Positions 1 through 16,225 are shown, counted from the stretch's first letter. The stretch is DNA of 64,000 nucleotides from the human T2T-CHM13v2.0 reference genome, Homo sapiens (GCF_009914755.1 NC_060932.1), one strand, 5' to 3'. Made by a program: numbers and translations. The notes: generated by a model from the sequence alone, not told the origin.

Positions 1-110
1 ATCGCTTGAAACTGGGAGGCAGAGGTTGCAGTGAGCCGAGATTGCACCACTGCACTCCAGCCTGAGCGACAGAGCAAGGCTCCATCTTGGGGAAAAAAAA
101 AAAAAAAAAG
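1..110 (+). mobile_element. Alu right arm and A-tail (cut by the window edge)
   Basis: GAGGTTGCAGTGAGCCGAGATTGCACCACTGCACTCCAGCC followed by poly(A). Confidence 0.9.
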
Positions 111-246
111 AAGAATATGCATAAGTACTATCTAGATTTGAAACTGCCCTTTACCCAACATTTGAAAAAAAAAAAGGTGCAATAATAATATTCAGTTGTC
201 ACCTAAAAAATAAGTGTCTCAGTCCCAAGCGTGATTCTGGAAAATT

Positions 247-540
247 CTTTTTTTCTTTTTTTGAGACAGAGTCTCACTCTGTCACCAGGCTGGAGTGCAA
301 TGGCATGATCTTGGCTCACTACAACCTCCGCCTCCTGGGTTCAAGTGATTCTCCTGCCTCAACCTCCTGAGTAGCTGGGATTACAGGCGAGCGCCATCAT
401 GCCCGGCTAATTTTTGTATTTTTAGTAGAGACGGGGTTTCACCATCTTGGCCAGCCTGGTCTCAAACTCCTGACCTCATGATCCACCCGCCTCAGCCTCC
501 CAAAATGCTGGATTAAATGCGTGAGCCACCGCACCCAGCC
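247..540 (-). mobile_element. Alu (AluS)
   Basis: Full length; 16-bp TSD GATTCTGGAAAATTCT at 233-248 and 541-556. Confidence 0.92.
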
Positions 541-954
541 GATTCTGGAAAATTCTAAGGCATTTACGACATCAAGAGGTATTATGAAATTACAAAATAT
601 TGTGTATTTTAAATATATATATACGTTAAAAAGCCACACAATTCTTTCAGGAACAGAGAAAGTATATCAAAATGAAACAAGTTTCTCAACTCCTGAAAGG
701 TTGGTACACTTTGTAGTAAAGCAAGGAAGTGTCATGTAGCCTAATTTCATTTAAGTAACTCCAAACTGACAAATTCTGTTCTTCACCTAAATCTGTCCTT
801 ACCTCTAGGAAAACAAAAAAACAAACAAAACTAGAAACTTAATGAAATATAACACTAAGAAAAAATAAATTAGCCCAAATATTTATGGTGGATAATGTAC
901 CACCTATCCTGTCTACCATGAAAGAAAACCTACAAATAACTGATCTACAAGAAA

Positions 955-1042
955 TTTTTTTTTTTTTTTTGGAAAGAGTGTTGCTCTGTTGCCCAGACTG
1001 GAGTGCAGTGGCGCAATCTTGGCTCACTGCAACCGCACCAGG
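955..1042 (-). mobile_element. Internally deleted Alu
   Basis: Tail and right-arm end fused to the extreme 5' end; TSD TCTACAAGAAAT at 944-955 and 1043-1054. Confidence 0.8.
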
Positions 1043-1404
1043 TCTACAAGAAATCTGAATGACATATTTTGCAAAGCCAGAGTTAGTCTTTTAAGTATTA
1101 TATAAATAATGAAGATGACTGTCTGCAAAAAATTAAGTTCAATTACTTTGTGGTCTGGATAAAAGAGATTAAAAATGTAAAATATTATGGGTAAAATATT
1201 GTTATTCCATTTTATAGTTCCTAAGATTCAAAGTTACTAGGTTCCATGAATGACTTGTACTAAGCCAAAGACTAATACACCTACTTATTGTTTTATTAAT
1301 ATAAGTAATAGACGATCTAATCAATGAATATCCTACTTAAAAATGAAAGAAAAAGCTCATGTCCCTGGCTATCATGCAGTCAGCCCATTTAGTGAAAACA
1401 TACA

Positions 1405-1690
1405 GGCCGGGTGCAGTGGCTCACGCCTGTAATCCTAGCACTTTGGGAAGCCGAGGCGGTGGATTGTCTGAGCTCAGGAGTTCGAGACCAGCATGGGCAA
1501 CGTGGCGAAACCCCATCTCTACTAAAAATACAAAAAATTAGCTGGGCGTGGTGGTGCGCACCTGTAGTCCCAGCTACTTGAGAGGTTGAGAATCACTTGG
1601 ACCCAGGAAGCAGAGGTTGCAGTGAGCTGGGATCACACCACTGCACTCCAGGCTGGGCGACAATCTGTCTCCAGAAAAAAAAAAGAAAGA
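1405..1690 (+). mobile_element. Alu
   Basis: GGCCGGGTGCAGTGGCTCACGCCTGTAATCC start, dimeric body, A-tail. Confidence 0.9.
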
Positions 1691-1957
1691 AAATATACAA
1701 TCCCCATGTATATATTTGATTCTTAATCAAATGAGAAGTTCTAAAATGCTGTGTTGGTCCTATTTGGGGATTTTATAATTTTTATGTATTTAGAAAATAA
1801 AGCTGGAGATCTGCTGATGAAAGCTAAAAAGTATGGAACTCCTTCAGCTGAAAGCCTGCAGGTAAGTTAATGGAGGGCAAGCACTGACTTTCATTTATCT
1901 TTGTACACTCAACATACATACAAGTTCATAGTATACACTGATTTTGCTGAAATAATT

Positions 1958-2270
1958 GCATTCATTAATCCAACAAGCATTTACTTGGTACCTACTATGT
2001 GCCAGGCCCTGAACTAGGAAATAAGGTATTGATTAGTGAAGAAAATAGGGTTCAGTCTCTGTCTTGATGGACTTTATAATATAGTGGGGGAGGCAAACAA
2101 ATAATTAAACCAACAAATAAGATTATTAAAAATTGTGATAGATGCCGTGAGGGACATCAACAGGGTACACTGATAGAGGGAACCTACTTAGAATGGTCAG
2201 CAAAGTTTTCTCAAACCCTTACAGGGTGGTGGTATTTAAGCCTAAACTTAAACGAGAAAGAACCAGCTAT
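1958..2270 (-). mobile_element. L2 3' fragment
   Basis: CATTCATTAATCCAACAAGCATTTAC...TACCTACTATGTGCCAGGC resembles the reverse-complemented L2 3' end. Confidence 0.65.
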
Positions 2271-2500
2271 TTGAACAGCATAAAGTCTGATGAGCTATAT
2301 TCTAAACTAACATAACACAGCTTAGCTCACATTTGGTAATTCACAAAGTAATTTCTGCACTTTGAAATCTGTAATCTTCTAAACAAGCTCTGTCATTTTC
2401 TAGTCCTCTCCAATCTAAACATCAACAGTTCCCCAGTACTCTTTACATATGGTTAGTATTTATCCCCAAACTGAATTTTGTAGGAACATCTTTTTTTTTA

Positions 2501-2829
<329 letters not shown>

Positions 2830-3209
2830 TCATAAGCGAACTAGAGGAAGAAAACTAAGATTTATAAGGGACTAATATAATACAGGCTATGCACTTAATA
2901 CTTCAATTTAAAGCAGAAAGTATCTCAAGTGATATCATTACAAAAGTAACACAATGCTCTCTTTTACACCCAAATTTTGTGTTGGTAGTGGAAGAAGTTT
3001 TAAAGAAATTTGTGGGTTTATACAGGCATAAATGCTGGATATGAAGAGGGAAGGGATCAGAATAGAAAGACATTATCTTGGTGAACTCATTGCAGTCCAT
3101 ACTCTAGGTTCTCTCAGATATTCAGGTCCAAGAACCTCCAACCAAACTCAGAAAGTATTTATACACCAGAATTATATTTGATTAATTTTCATTATGAAAT
3201 ATATTATCA

Positions 3210-3820
<611 letters not shown>

Positions 3821-4419
3821 TCTGATCATATTTTTAAGACTACTGATCATAATCCTGCCCATGTCCGTTTATTAGTCTACAATGGAGAATACAGCTTTCA
3901 AAGTGAACACGTCCTTATCTGCACTGTCACCTGTACATCAAAACTTGTTATCAGGAAGCTAAATAAGTGTTACGAATAGATGCCTGATGAACATGGAAAT
4001 CAGGCAAAGGGATAGAGATGTTTCAGCCAGGCCACAGTCAGGATTGTTCAAATATTCCTACCCCTCGACAGAGATTACCTTTCTAGTTACCAGAATTTTC
4101 ATGAACCCCAGATGATGTACCTTTTTCCTTTGTACAGCAGTATATGAACATTGCCGAATTCTGCTTTTCACTTTTTTCAATGTTCAGTGCTGACTGACCA
4201 TCCATTCCATTTCTGCAGATACAGCCTTTCTTTAGCTGTGTTAATGTCATCTATTTAATTCAATTAAAAAACATTTCAGAGTGCATACTACCTGCTGAGC
4301 ACTATTATCAGGTTCTGTGCATACAAGGATAAAGGTAAGAGCCACATTCTCAAGAGTCCATCTTCTATTGAGGAAGATCTTCTCTTTCCTGTTTTTGACC
4401 TGGGAGATTGAAGGTCTTT

Positions 4420-4590
4420 TATTTATTTACTTATTCATTTATTTATTTATTTTTTGAGACAGAGTCTCGCTCTGTCGCCAGGCTGGAGTGCCGTGGCGCG
4501 ATCTAGGCTCACCGCAACCTCCAACTCCGGGGTTGAAGCGATTCTCCTGCCTCAGCCTCCAGAGTATCTGGGATTACAGTCACAGGCCAC
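4420..4590 (-). mobile_element. Truncated Alu (right arm only)
   Basis: (TTTA)n tail and right arm, stopping at GGCCACC. Confidence 0.85.
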
Positions 4591-4636
4591 CTAGGATTTG
4601 TATTTAAGTACACTAGCATTCGTATTTAAGTGACCT

Positions 4637-4930
<294 letters not shown>

Positions 4931-6003
4931 TTACTATGTCTGGCAAACTAAAATCAACAATTCCGGGTTCTAAATTTGTGCAGGGTTTTTAGATCCCCTA
5001 TTTACTACTCCCCCAGATAAGCCAGGAGTAGTATTCATTTTGATAGATTAAGGCCCAAATCACTGCCATATAGTACTATCAGAAAACAGAATCAAAACCC
5101 AGATGACTTTTCTCGTTGAAAGCTTTAATCTCAGCAAAAATAAAACCCTTCCAGTAACTAACACATTTAAATTTTACTTCATACTTTAAGACTTAGTAAA
5201 GCATACTAAGTTATTTCAAAACAAAGACTAAGCAAATATAGACACTGTAAAAAGTACACCATTGAACAGTATCCCAAATCATCTAAAGCTTTAAATTACA
5301 CATTTGGTTAATATATTTTTCTTTAATTTATGCTGATTAAAAACAAATACTTCTTTACACCATTACCATCCATCTCTGTTTATGTTTCTCATGAACTACA
5401 ACTTATAACAGTTCATTATAATTGATGGCAAAGACTTGAGTAGTGAAATTACTTAAATACAAATCCTAGTGTACTTACATACAAATCCTAGTGTATGAGA
5501 AAGAAAAATGTGATGAACTGGGAAAGGAAGAAAATGAAATGTAAGAGACTACTAGGTGGGAGTGCAGTGAGAATATAAACACCAGAAACTGCAATTCATC
5601 AAACAGGAAGTGCTGAAATCACATGACATACAGGAAAATAAAAATTAAAAATAAATGAAAAAGGGGCAAGGTAGGCAGGATCAATAGAGCCTACCAAAAA
5701 ATTTAAAACGCTTTAAATAAATACAAGTCTGTTTTTTAAAAAGCAATTGCAAGAATAAGATATATTTAAATAATCTGTTGACTATTATTGAGGGACTACC
5801 TTAACTTTCTATTTTCCTAATAGTTACTCAATAATCCTATTAACATCTATCAACTGTTCAAAATACTAAAAATAATTCTCTCCTGAAATATATAATTAAA
5901 AACTTACAATGGCTACAGATTTCTTTTCCCCCAAAGATAACAGGAAAACTCAGTGTATTATATTTACAATTAAGATATACCATCAGAATTAAATTCATCT
6001 TAC

Positions 6004-8713
6004 CCATTAATGTTGCTAAAAGACACAAGGAGTACATTTCTTTTTCAGCTTGCTCCTGAAGTTCCTTAGATGACAGTTTACCAGTAACAGCAATATCTTC
6101 TTGTTTCACAGTGTGGGCTGAGTGTGCTGCAGCAGACTGACCACCTTCAGCTTTACTTTTTAGAATTTCTATTGTAATTCTGTCGCCATGCTGTAAAGGA
6201 ACTGGTTCCTTTTCCATTCCTGCCTGTGGTGGCATTAACTCTTTAGGAGGAAACCCGTATCGAATACACTGTAAATATGGAGGAATGTTGAATTCTCTGG
6301 CTATACTTTCCTGAAGTTCAAAAAAGGTTGTTGAAGACTTAAGGGTAACCATGGACTGTCGTCCATCATTAGTTGTGATTCGGATCTTCTTCTCCTTAGA
6401 AGTTGTCGGTGAATAGGGAGCCTTGGTAGGTGTAGCAGGTGCAGAGGATGGACCATCACGAATGGTACTGGGAGAAACAGTCCTGGGTTGCCCTTTTTGT
6501 TCTTGTTTTAACTTCTCTGTTTTCCGTTTCTGCATTACAGAAGCCTGTTCCGTAATATTCTGTTGAATAGTTCTTTCAGTTTTACTCATGTTTAACTCCT
6601 CCTTGTGCAAAGTTTTTGTTTTCTGTCCAGTAAGAATAATTTTAGTTGGGAGCTGAGACTCTGATTCTTGTCCTTGAACATCTCCAACTCTTTGGGCGTG
6701 AGCACCATCTATATTTACAGGAGTATAATCATCGGGATTCTTTTTGGCAGTCTGATGCAATATAGTGTGGACAACTTTCTGAACTAGGATTTCACTCCCA
6801 AATTCACCTGGAAAGTGCTTGGTAACAAGTTTCATTGCAACATCGTAAACATTACTATTCAAAGATGAATCACTTTCATACTGGAACCAATATACTGTTT
6901 CTCTGACCACTCTTCCACCCCATTCTAAAGTAATAGGGAAAGCTTCTGGTAGATTGTCATACTCCTTACCATCCCAAAAGTGTTTGAATCCACAACCACA
7001 TTTGCCACCAGTGGACCTAGAATTAGTTCTGTCTCCATCCAAATACACAATAGACCCATCTCCTCTGACCTTTCGCACAGATGTGCCATGGCACCAATTA
7101 CAAGCTGTTAGGTTACTCATTCCATAGTCTGGTACCAGAACATCTTTCACTGAATCATATGAGCAAACCAAATTGTTCAAGGGAAAGCTGTAATTTTTGT
7201 CAGTCCTCAGCTGTCCATGAGTACTTTTTGCCAGGTTATACAATTTCCCTCCAGGAGCCAACCACTCTGGAGGAACATGAAGTTCAGAAAGGGCACCACA
7301 GAGCAAACATTTGTGAAGGCGATTATCCATTACTGCTTTTTTAGCAGCTGCTGTGACTTCCTCAGGCTGAACTCCTATCACTCCAGTCCTTCTGTAGAAA
7401 TACTGATGGACATCAGCAACCAAACTAGGATGGATACCATGTTTGTCCATAAAGACTTCTTCCATAGCAGCAACAAGCCTAAGTAAGTATTTATCTTGCA
7501 AACTTCTGTCACCTCCAATAACACAACCACCATCCTCTTCAAGTTTTATGTACTTTTTAATAAGGTCCTGAGGCACACCCCATGCTTTAGGAAGCAAATT
7601 CATAGGCAGTTTGGGCAAAGCAGCCCCTTTTATGCCTACCAAGGGGATATAATGGTTTCTACCGGAGCTGCTCCATGCAATACAGATTGGTTTGTTCAAA
7701 TGACCATCTTTCCCAGTGCACTTCTCTGCAGGGATGAGCCCAGGTAGAAAGGTGGCTGAATAATCACCAGAGCTTCTCATGCCACTGAGGGAATCTAACA
7801 GAATAATAGGACGATGTAGCACATTGGCAAGACCAAATATGTGGATATTCCTCAGGCCCAAGGGAACACCCTCAGGTGGTACAAACAGAGGGTCACACTC
7901 ATTGATAATGTCCTCCCACTCAGCAGCATCAATGAAGTCATGGAACAGAGCTTGATATCGGGCCAGGTGCTGCTGAAAGTGCTGTTTAAGATTCTCTCTT
8001 AAGGCATGCCAGAAGAGCTCTCGGCCTACTAGAGCCCGAGACACAGCATGCACCAAGCAGTGTCCATCCCCGTCCACATGCACTGGAATGAGACATTCCT
8101 GGCTTTTATTGGCCCGCTTAATGTCCTCCAGAGTGTCATGCAAATACAGGAGGCTTCCGGAGCGGTCCTTGCCATAGCCCACAGTGTTAACATGCTCTGG
8201 TTCTATGAGGAAGGCGCGGTCACCCAGTAAGGCGCAATCGAACAGTTCGCCCTGGTTCATGTCCCGGAGAAGCTTGGCCCGGCCTGTCTGTTTGTCCATT
8301 CCATAGCGAGCTAATATGGGCGACAACAATTTGCAGTGATAGTTGGAAAGGCCCATCACCTTTACCAGTTCCGTGTTCTTCTTGGGTGCCCCCGTAACCC
8401 CGAGCAGCGCGTTCCGCAGCAGGTTGTGTAGCACTACGTCCGGGTCGGTCACCTCCTCAACCCCCAGCAGCTGTTGCTGCTCGTGCCGCTGGCCGCACTC
8501 GGTACACTCGATGCTGACAGAACCGGAGGCCGGGAAAAATAGACGCGCCTGACACTTCGGATCCGGGCAGCTCCCGGAAAGGATTCTCCGGTCTCTCCGC
8601 TTCAAAAGCCCCCCCGAAGCAGCCGCCGACGCCAAGGACGACGGAGTCTGTGGAGCCTCAGGGGGAGGAGGTGGCGGCGGCAACGGAGGCGGCGGCGGCG
8701 GCGGCTGAGACAT
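6004..8713 (-). CDS. VCPIP1: VCPIP1 (VCIP135, VCP/p97-interacting OTU deubiquitinase), coding part of exon 1, codons 1-903 plus 1 nt
   Basis: ORF MSQPPPPPPP... has the OTU catalytic motif VDGDGHC (C219 codon at 8057-8059), RNHYIPL (H354 at 7652-7654) and a UBX-like segment (RYGFPPKEL). It ends at a consensus donor ATG G|GTAAGA (intron starts at 6003); the ORF-track tail after LATLMG is intronic. Confidence 0.96.
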
Positions 8714-9450
8714 AGCTCCTGGCTCTCGTGTCTCGCTCCGCGTCCCAGGCGACCCTCAAAAGCTCATAGCCCAGACCCCCACCAACCCGACTCGGTCCAG
8801 TCCAGGCCCAGGGCGAAGCACTTTCCTTTCCCTACCAGCTCTTCCTCCTCCTAAGCGAAGGCGGAAGCGCCGGACGTTGTTTCTCTTCTTACTTCTCCAC
8901 TGCCGTAGCCGTTGCCCCGAACGTAACGGCCACCACCCCACCCCGCACTCACACTCACTCACTCTCGCTCTCTCTCCCTCAGACACAGACATACACGCCC
9001 TCATTGAGTGTGCGCAGGCGCAGCTTCCGCTCTGCCCTCTGGGAATTAGAGTCTTCCAGCCTCTGTGCTGGCCATCAAGCCCTAGGATCTTGAGTCCAGA
9101 AGGAACTACAAGTACCGTGAGGCCAAGCGGTTCAGCGCTAGAGGAGAGGAGGAAGAGGACGGCAACAGGAAAAGGGGCGAAAGAAAGATGGTGACTCGCG
9201 TTGCCTGCCGGTAGTTGTAGTTTTACTGGGCTCTCCTTCGTCGTCTTCCCCACTCTGCAGCCCAAGGCAAAGAGTCTGAGAGACCACATTTCCTAGGATG
9301 CCGTGCGGTGCGTCTAGCTGCACTTCCTCCTTAGGCGGAGGGGAGGATTCAGGGAAGCTTGGTTAAAAACAGTTATGGCAGTGGGAGTCGAAGCGAGGGT
9401 CTGAAGTTCACGACTACTAGAAGGGGAGGGGAGTGGAAAGGCTCTCAGTG
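8300..9450. promoter_or_regulatory. CpG island / bidirectional promoter for VCPIP1 (-) and C8orf44 (+)
   Basis: High CpG density. NRF1-like TGCGCAGGCGCA at 9011-9022, ETS CTTCCGC at 9024-9030, ZNF143/SBS-like sites at 9033-9052 (-), 9105-9123 (+), 9202-9221 (-) and 9283-9302 (+), YY1-like AAGATGG at about 9185. Confidence 0.85.
8714..8985 (-). other. VCPIP1: VCPIP1 5' UTR (upstream limit approximate)
   Basis: GC/GA-rich sequence between the ATG and the NRF1/ETS/ZNF143 cluster; the TSS cannot be fixed from sequence alone. Confidence 0.6.
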
Positions 9451-9456
9451 AAAAAG
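9300..9456 (+). other. C8orf44: Probable non-coding first exon of C8orf44 / C8orf44-SGK3 (start approximate)
   Basis: Lies just downstream of the promoter cluster and ends at donor AAG|GTACAG (GT at 9457-9458). Confidence 0.55.
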
Positions 9457-9749
9457 GTACAGTAAATAAATGTCCAGGGATATTGGGGGCTGGGAAGTTG
9501 AATAAATGGTCTAATCTAGGCTGGAGGCCATAAGGGGGAAAACAGTTGATTCTCGGAAGCTCTGCCTTCTCCCCCTCTCTAGTGCGAATCACTGAGGCGC
9601 CATTTGATTTCTCGTTTCCTGCATGTTTTGGCAGTTTACAGTGCAAATAACGGTACCTTGGATGTCTGTAGAGTTTTGTGTGCATATACAAATTCTCTTA
9701 ACTAGGTTTAATTTCATTTGCTCTTTACCACCCTACTCCCCAGAGAATA

Positions 9750-10190
9750 ATAAGAGCCATCATGTGTTAAGTTCTTAATATGTGTCTGGACAGCATTTGC
9801 ATAACACGATATCATTTGATCTTAAAAAATAACCTTCTTAGGAAACAGGCCCAGAAAGGAAATGACTTGCTAAAGTTCACGCAGCTGATAAGTGAGTGGA
9901 TAGACATTCAGATCTCAACCTGTCTTCTTTTTACAGATCAGGACATAGGCAGGAAAGGTTAGGCCTGTATTACATAGAATAGTAACTAGCATTTGCTTAC
10001 TATTGCCTTATAGTTTACATATTTAATAATATGTTCACATGTATCATCTCATCCTCACACCAGTCCTGTAATACCTTTACCAGGTGGTGTTGACTTCATT
10101 TACAATCAGGGAAACTGAGACTAAAAGGAATTAAGTGACTTGCCCAAGGTCAAGTCACCAGTTATGCTGGATCCCAATCTCAAACCTTGA
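9750..10190 (-). mobile_element. Two MIR remnants
   Basis: MIR cores GGAAACAGGCCCAGAAAGG...GACTTGC and GGAAACTGAGAC...AAGTGACTTGCCCAAGGTCA. Confidence 0.65.
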
Positions 10191-10226
10191 GAGTGATTTT
10201 TACGCTGCTGCTTACCAAAAAATCCC

Positions 10227-10571
<345 letters not shown>

Positions 10572-10873
10572 TTAGTGATGAAGGGATGTTTAATGTTAAG
10601 GAGGCAACAGCTTTATTCTTTTTTCACTTGGGTAGGAAACTGCCTCTTCATACAGAACAATATTCATATGTTAATTGAAAGCTAGTATTATTTTTGTACA
10701 TTCATCCTCTTTCACTTATTACGGAAATTCTTGCTTTCTGGAAGTTTAGTATCACCTTAGGTAAGTGGACTACCTCAAAATTTCTGAAACATTTGGCACC
10801 AACTAGAAACATTAGTGAAGTCCATGAGATCATTTGAGTCTTCTGTAGCTGCCCAGGAAACCGCCTGATTAGG

Positions 10874-10874
<1 letters not shown>

Positions 10875-10922
<48 letters not shown>
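10875..10922. repeat. (TG)18(TATG)n microsatellite
   Basis: Read directly. Confidence 0.95.
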
Positions 10923-10924
<2 letters not shown>

Positions 10925-11092
10925 GAACTTGATGCTTTGAAATGAACCATCTGCAAAATAGAGGCCCATAAAGGGTATTAGTTTTGATGTGCACCTAATT
11001 GCTACAATTTTCTTGAAAATAAATATTTGAAAGAGAAATCCTCCATAATGGACCTTAATTACAAGAGAAGTGATTTTTCCTATCTTGGGATA

Positions 11093-11403
<311 letters not shown>

Positions 11404-13117
11404 GGAGGGGGTATTTTTCAATAAAGTTTTTCTCAGAGAATTCATGCAAGAAAAGTTGTTTATTCTAACAAGTTTGGTGGTAACTACACAGATTGGTTTT
11501 GGCACTGATTTTTTATTAACAGTTGAATGCTTTATAAGTAGAGAAATTGGGTATCTCCTTTAAGTGGAGATTATTTTATGCTGTGACGAAAATGTTACAC
11601 CTGCAGTGAAAGTTTTTCTCATACAGAATCCAAATAATTGAATTAAAGCTTTGTAGCACATGAGATGACAACAGTCTGCAATTCTAACACTGTCAGGTAC
11701 TTTTATATCTTAACAACACCAGGCCAAATTTTTCTTATTGATGATACATATACATAGTGAAGTAGATTTTTAAAATTGTATTTGAATATGTCATTCTGAA
11801 CCATACTATGACAAAATAATCACTTCCCACCCCACTGAAGAAATGAGAAGCCTTTTTCTGGCTTGTCTAGATCATTTAATAAGTTTGTAGATGCACTCAA
11901 AGTTCAGAAAGAAAGCTAACATAAAGGGGCAATGAAATTAACCATGTCAAGTTTAATATGTGAATTAATTCTTTATTACTAGCACTTAGAAGGCATGGAT
12001 ACCTACAAAGAAAAAAAATTGTTAGGTCAAAAATAGGACATACTGTTTCTTATAAGACCGGAGGAGTGTAGAAAGCCTCTCCTGCTTATGCAAGATCTGC
12101 AGGCTTCCTTCCTCTTTTCCTCCCAAATTCCATGATCTTGCCTAATGAAGATTAACTTAACTACCTAATTAACTTTCACAGGATTTTTGTGGGGTAGATA
12201 ATAGTTCTTGTTTTTAGTAGTCCAGATGAAAAGAATAAGCTGGGCCTCTGACATTAGCTGTGCTGATACACGTCTCTTCTACCACCATCACCCCAGCATC
12301 ACTAATACCTAAATTGCCAAAATTCAGTTAAAATAGAAATTCATCTTTTTCATAGTTTCTAGTATGGCACTTGTAAACTCCCTATATTGCTTTTAACAAA
12401 CTTGGTAAATGTAAATGCAGAAGTCATCCACTTTTACCAACAGAACAACCATCATTGTTCTTGATCTTTTATATTTTATATATATAAGGAAGGGAATCAT
12501 AACTTTGGGGATTGCTGTAAGTTGGCCACATACCTGCCTATATAAACTATACATCTTTACCAAGAATTGACTGTGTTCTTCCAGACCCGTGCCACGTATA
12601 GTCAGACTTCCAGTCACAAGCTTCGACTGAAGCTCAAAGTGGATTTGGGAGGGACTAATTATTGAAGTAGGTATTATAAGAATTTAAAGGGATGCAAAAT
12701 TTCATCTCTGTCTCAAAGAAGCTTAGAGTTTAATAGAAGAGGGAGGCTAAACTAAATTGTTCATAAATATAAGTAGAATAAAGCATGTAATCAAAATAAT
12801 ACAGGAAATATCACAAATGCTATGAAAATTTAATTGAGGGCAATTTATTATAGGGCAGTGTTTTGAGTATATCATCTTAATCTTTAAAACACTCCTGTGA
12901 TACAGTATTGTCCTTATACGGATAAGATTTAACTCTAAAAGGTTAACATCGTTTTTATTACCACCAGCTATGAAATAGAGCTGGGCTTCAAATCAAGGTT
13001 TTCCTTGTTCAGCACTCACTCTTTCCACTACATCACAGCTGCTTACTGATTTGAGAGAGAATTAGGCAAGAAGTCAATACAAACTGGTGACCAGTAGCCA
13101 AACTTGGCTTGATGTAG

Positions 13118-13441
<324 letters not shown>

Positions 13442-13561
13442 TTTTTTTTTTTCTAATGTGAATGTGTTTGAGCAGTGGCCAGTATTCCACTCTTTAAGAC
13501 CTTACACCAGGGCCCCTTGAGACAAATGACCGAGTACAGAGCTGCAAGTCATTCCTTCGCA

Positions 13562-13739
13562 CAGTAGTCCTCAAGCTTTAATGTGCATCACAGTCTGGAA
13601 GGCTTGCTAAAACACAGATTGCTGGGCTCCATCTTAGAATGAGTGTGTCTGAGGTGGAGCCTGAGAATTACATTTCTAGCAAGTTCTCTGGTTGCAGATG
13701 CTGCCAGTCCTTGCGAGGATCACACTTTGAGAATCACTG
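13562..13739. mobile_element. MER5A-like hAT-Charlie MITE
   Basis: Terminal inverted repeats CAGTAGTCCTCAA / TTGAGAATCACTG and internal ACACAGATTGCTGGGC. Confidence 0.75.
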
Positions 13740-13959
13740 CTTACCAAACTTGTAGGGCACTTTTGGGGAAGGCTTGTTGTGTTTCTGTTGTTTATAATAC
13801 AAAAGGAATTGCTTGTCAGAATGTGCAGAAATAGGTTAAAAAGAAAATTAAAATTATCTATCAGAGATTATAATTGCTAACATTTTTAATGGACCATTCA
13901 AGCTCCTTTTTTCTATGTGTGTATAGTATGTACTTTTTTAAGAAACCAAAATTATATAA

Positions 13960-14150
13960 TAATAATAATAGCTATTAACACCTTTTTAGCATCTATTGTG
14001 CACCAGGGTCTTTACATGTAGTATTTACTTAATCCTTTTAATATCCTTATGAAGCAGGTACCATTACTATCATTCTTATTTTTCAGATGAAGAACTTGAG
14101 GCACAGAAAGGTTAAGTAACTTGTTCAGTGTCTCATTGCTAGTAGGTAGC
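13960..14150 (-). mobile_element. MIR
   Basis: TTTCAGATGAAGAACTTGAGGCACAGAAAGGTTAAGTAACTTG core. Confidence 0.8.
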
Positions 14151-14176
14151 ATAATCAGGATTAAAACCAAAGCAAG

Positions 14177-14750
<574 letters not shown>

Positions 14751-14928
14751 CTCTTGTTTAACATTTTAAGTGAAAGCCTGCTTTTTTCTCTTAAAATATT
14801 TGAAACGTTTAAAGATATACGCAAAAATAATGTAAAAAAAAACTCATGCACCCACTACTAGATTTAACAAAAGTTAATTTTTCTGCATATTTGCTTCATA
14901 ATCCCCCCCTCTTTAAAAAACACATTAT

Positions 14929-15364
<436 letters not shown>

Positions 15365-15458
15365 TTAAAAGTAAAAGAAAAAAATTGAGTTCCAGAGCTA
15401 GAAGTTCCATCCTCAGTCTGTCTGAAGCATGCCTCCTGCAATCCTTTTTCTTTTTTAA

Positions 15459-16225
<767 letters not shown>

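Noticed and set aside
7081-8552. Plus-strand ORFs antisense to the VCPIP1 CDS
   Set aside because: Shadow ORFs of a coding exon; no recognisable motifs.
8688-8705. (GGC)6 trinucleotide run
   Set aside because: Short, and simply encodes the N-terminal polyproline; nothing suggests expansion.
5858-8713. The 951-aa ORF as a complete single-exon protein
   Set aside because: A consensus donor at 6003 and loss of VCPIP1-like sequence after LATLMG show it is exon 1 plus intronic read-through.
8756-9691. 177-, 105- and 125-aa ORFs across the bidirectional promoter
   Set aside because: GC-rich promoter and UTR sequence is stop-poor; the ORFs span the likely TSSs and resemble no known protein.
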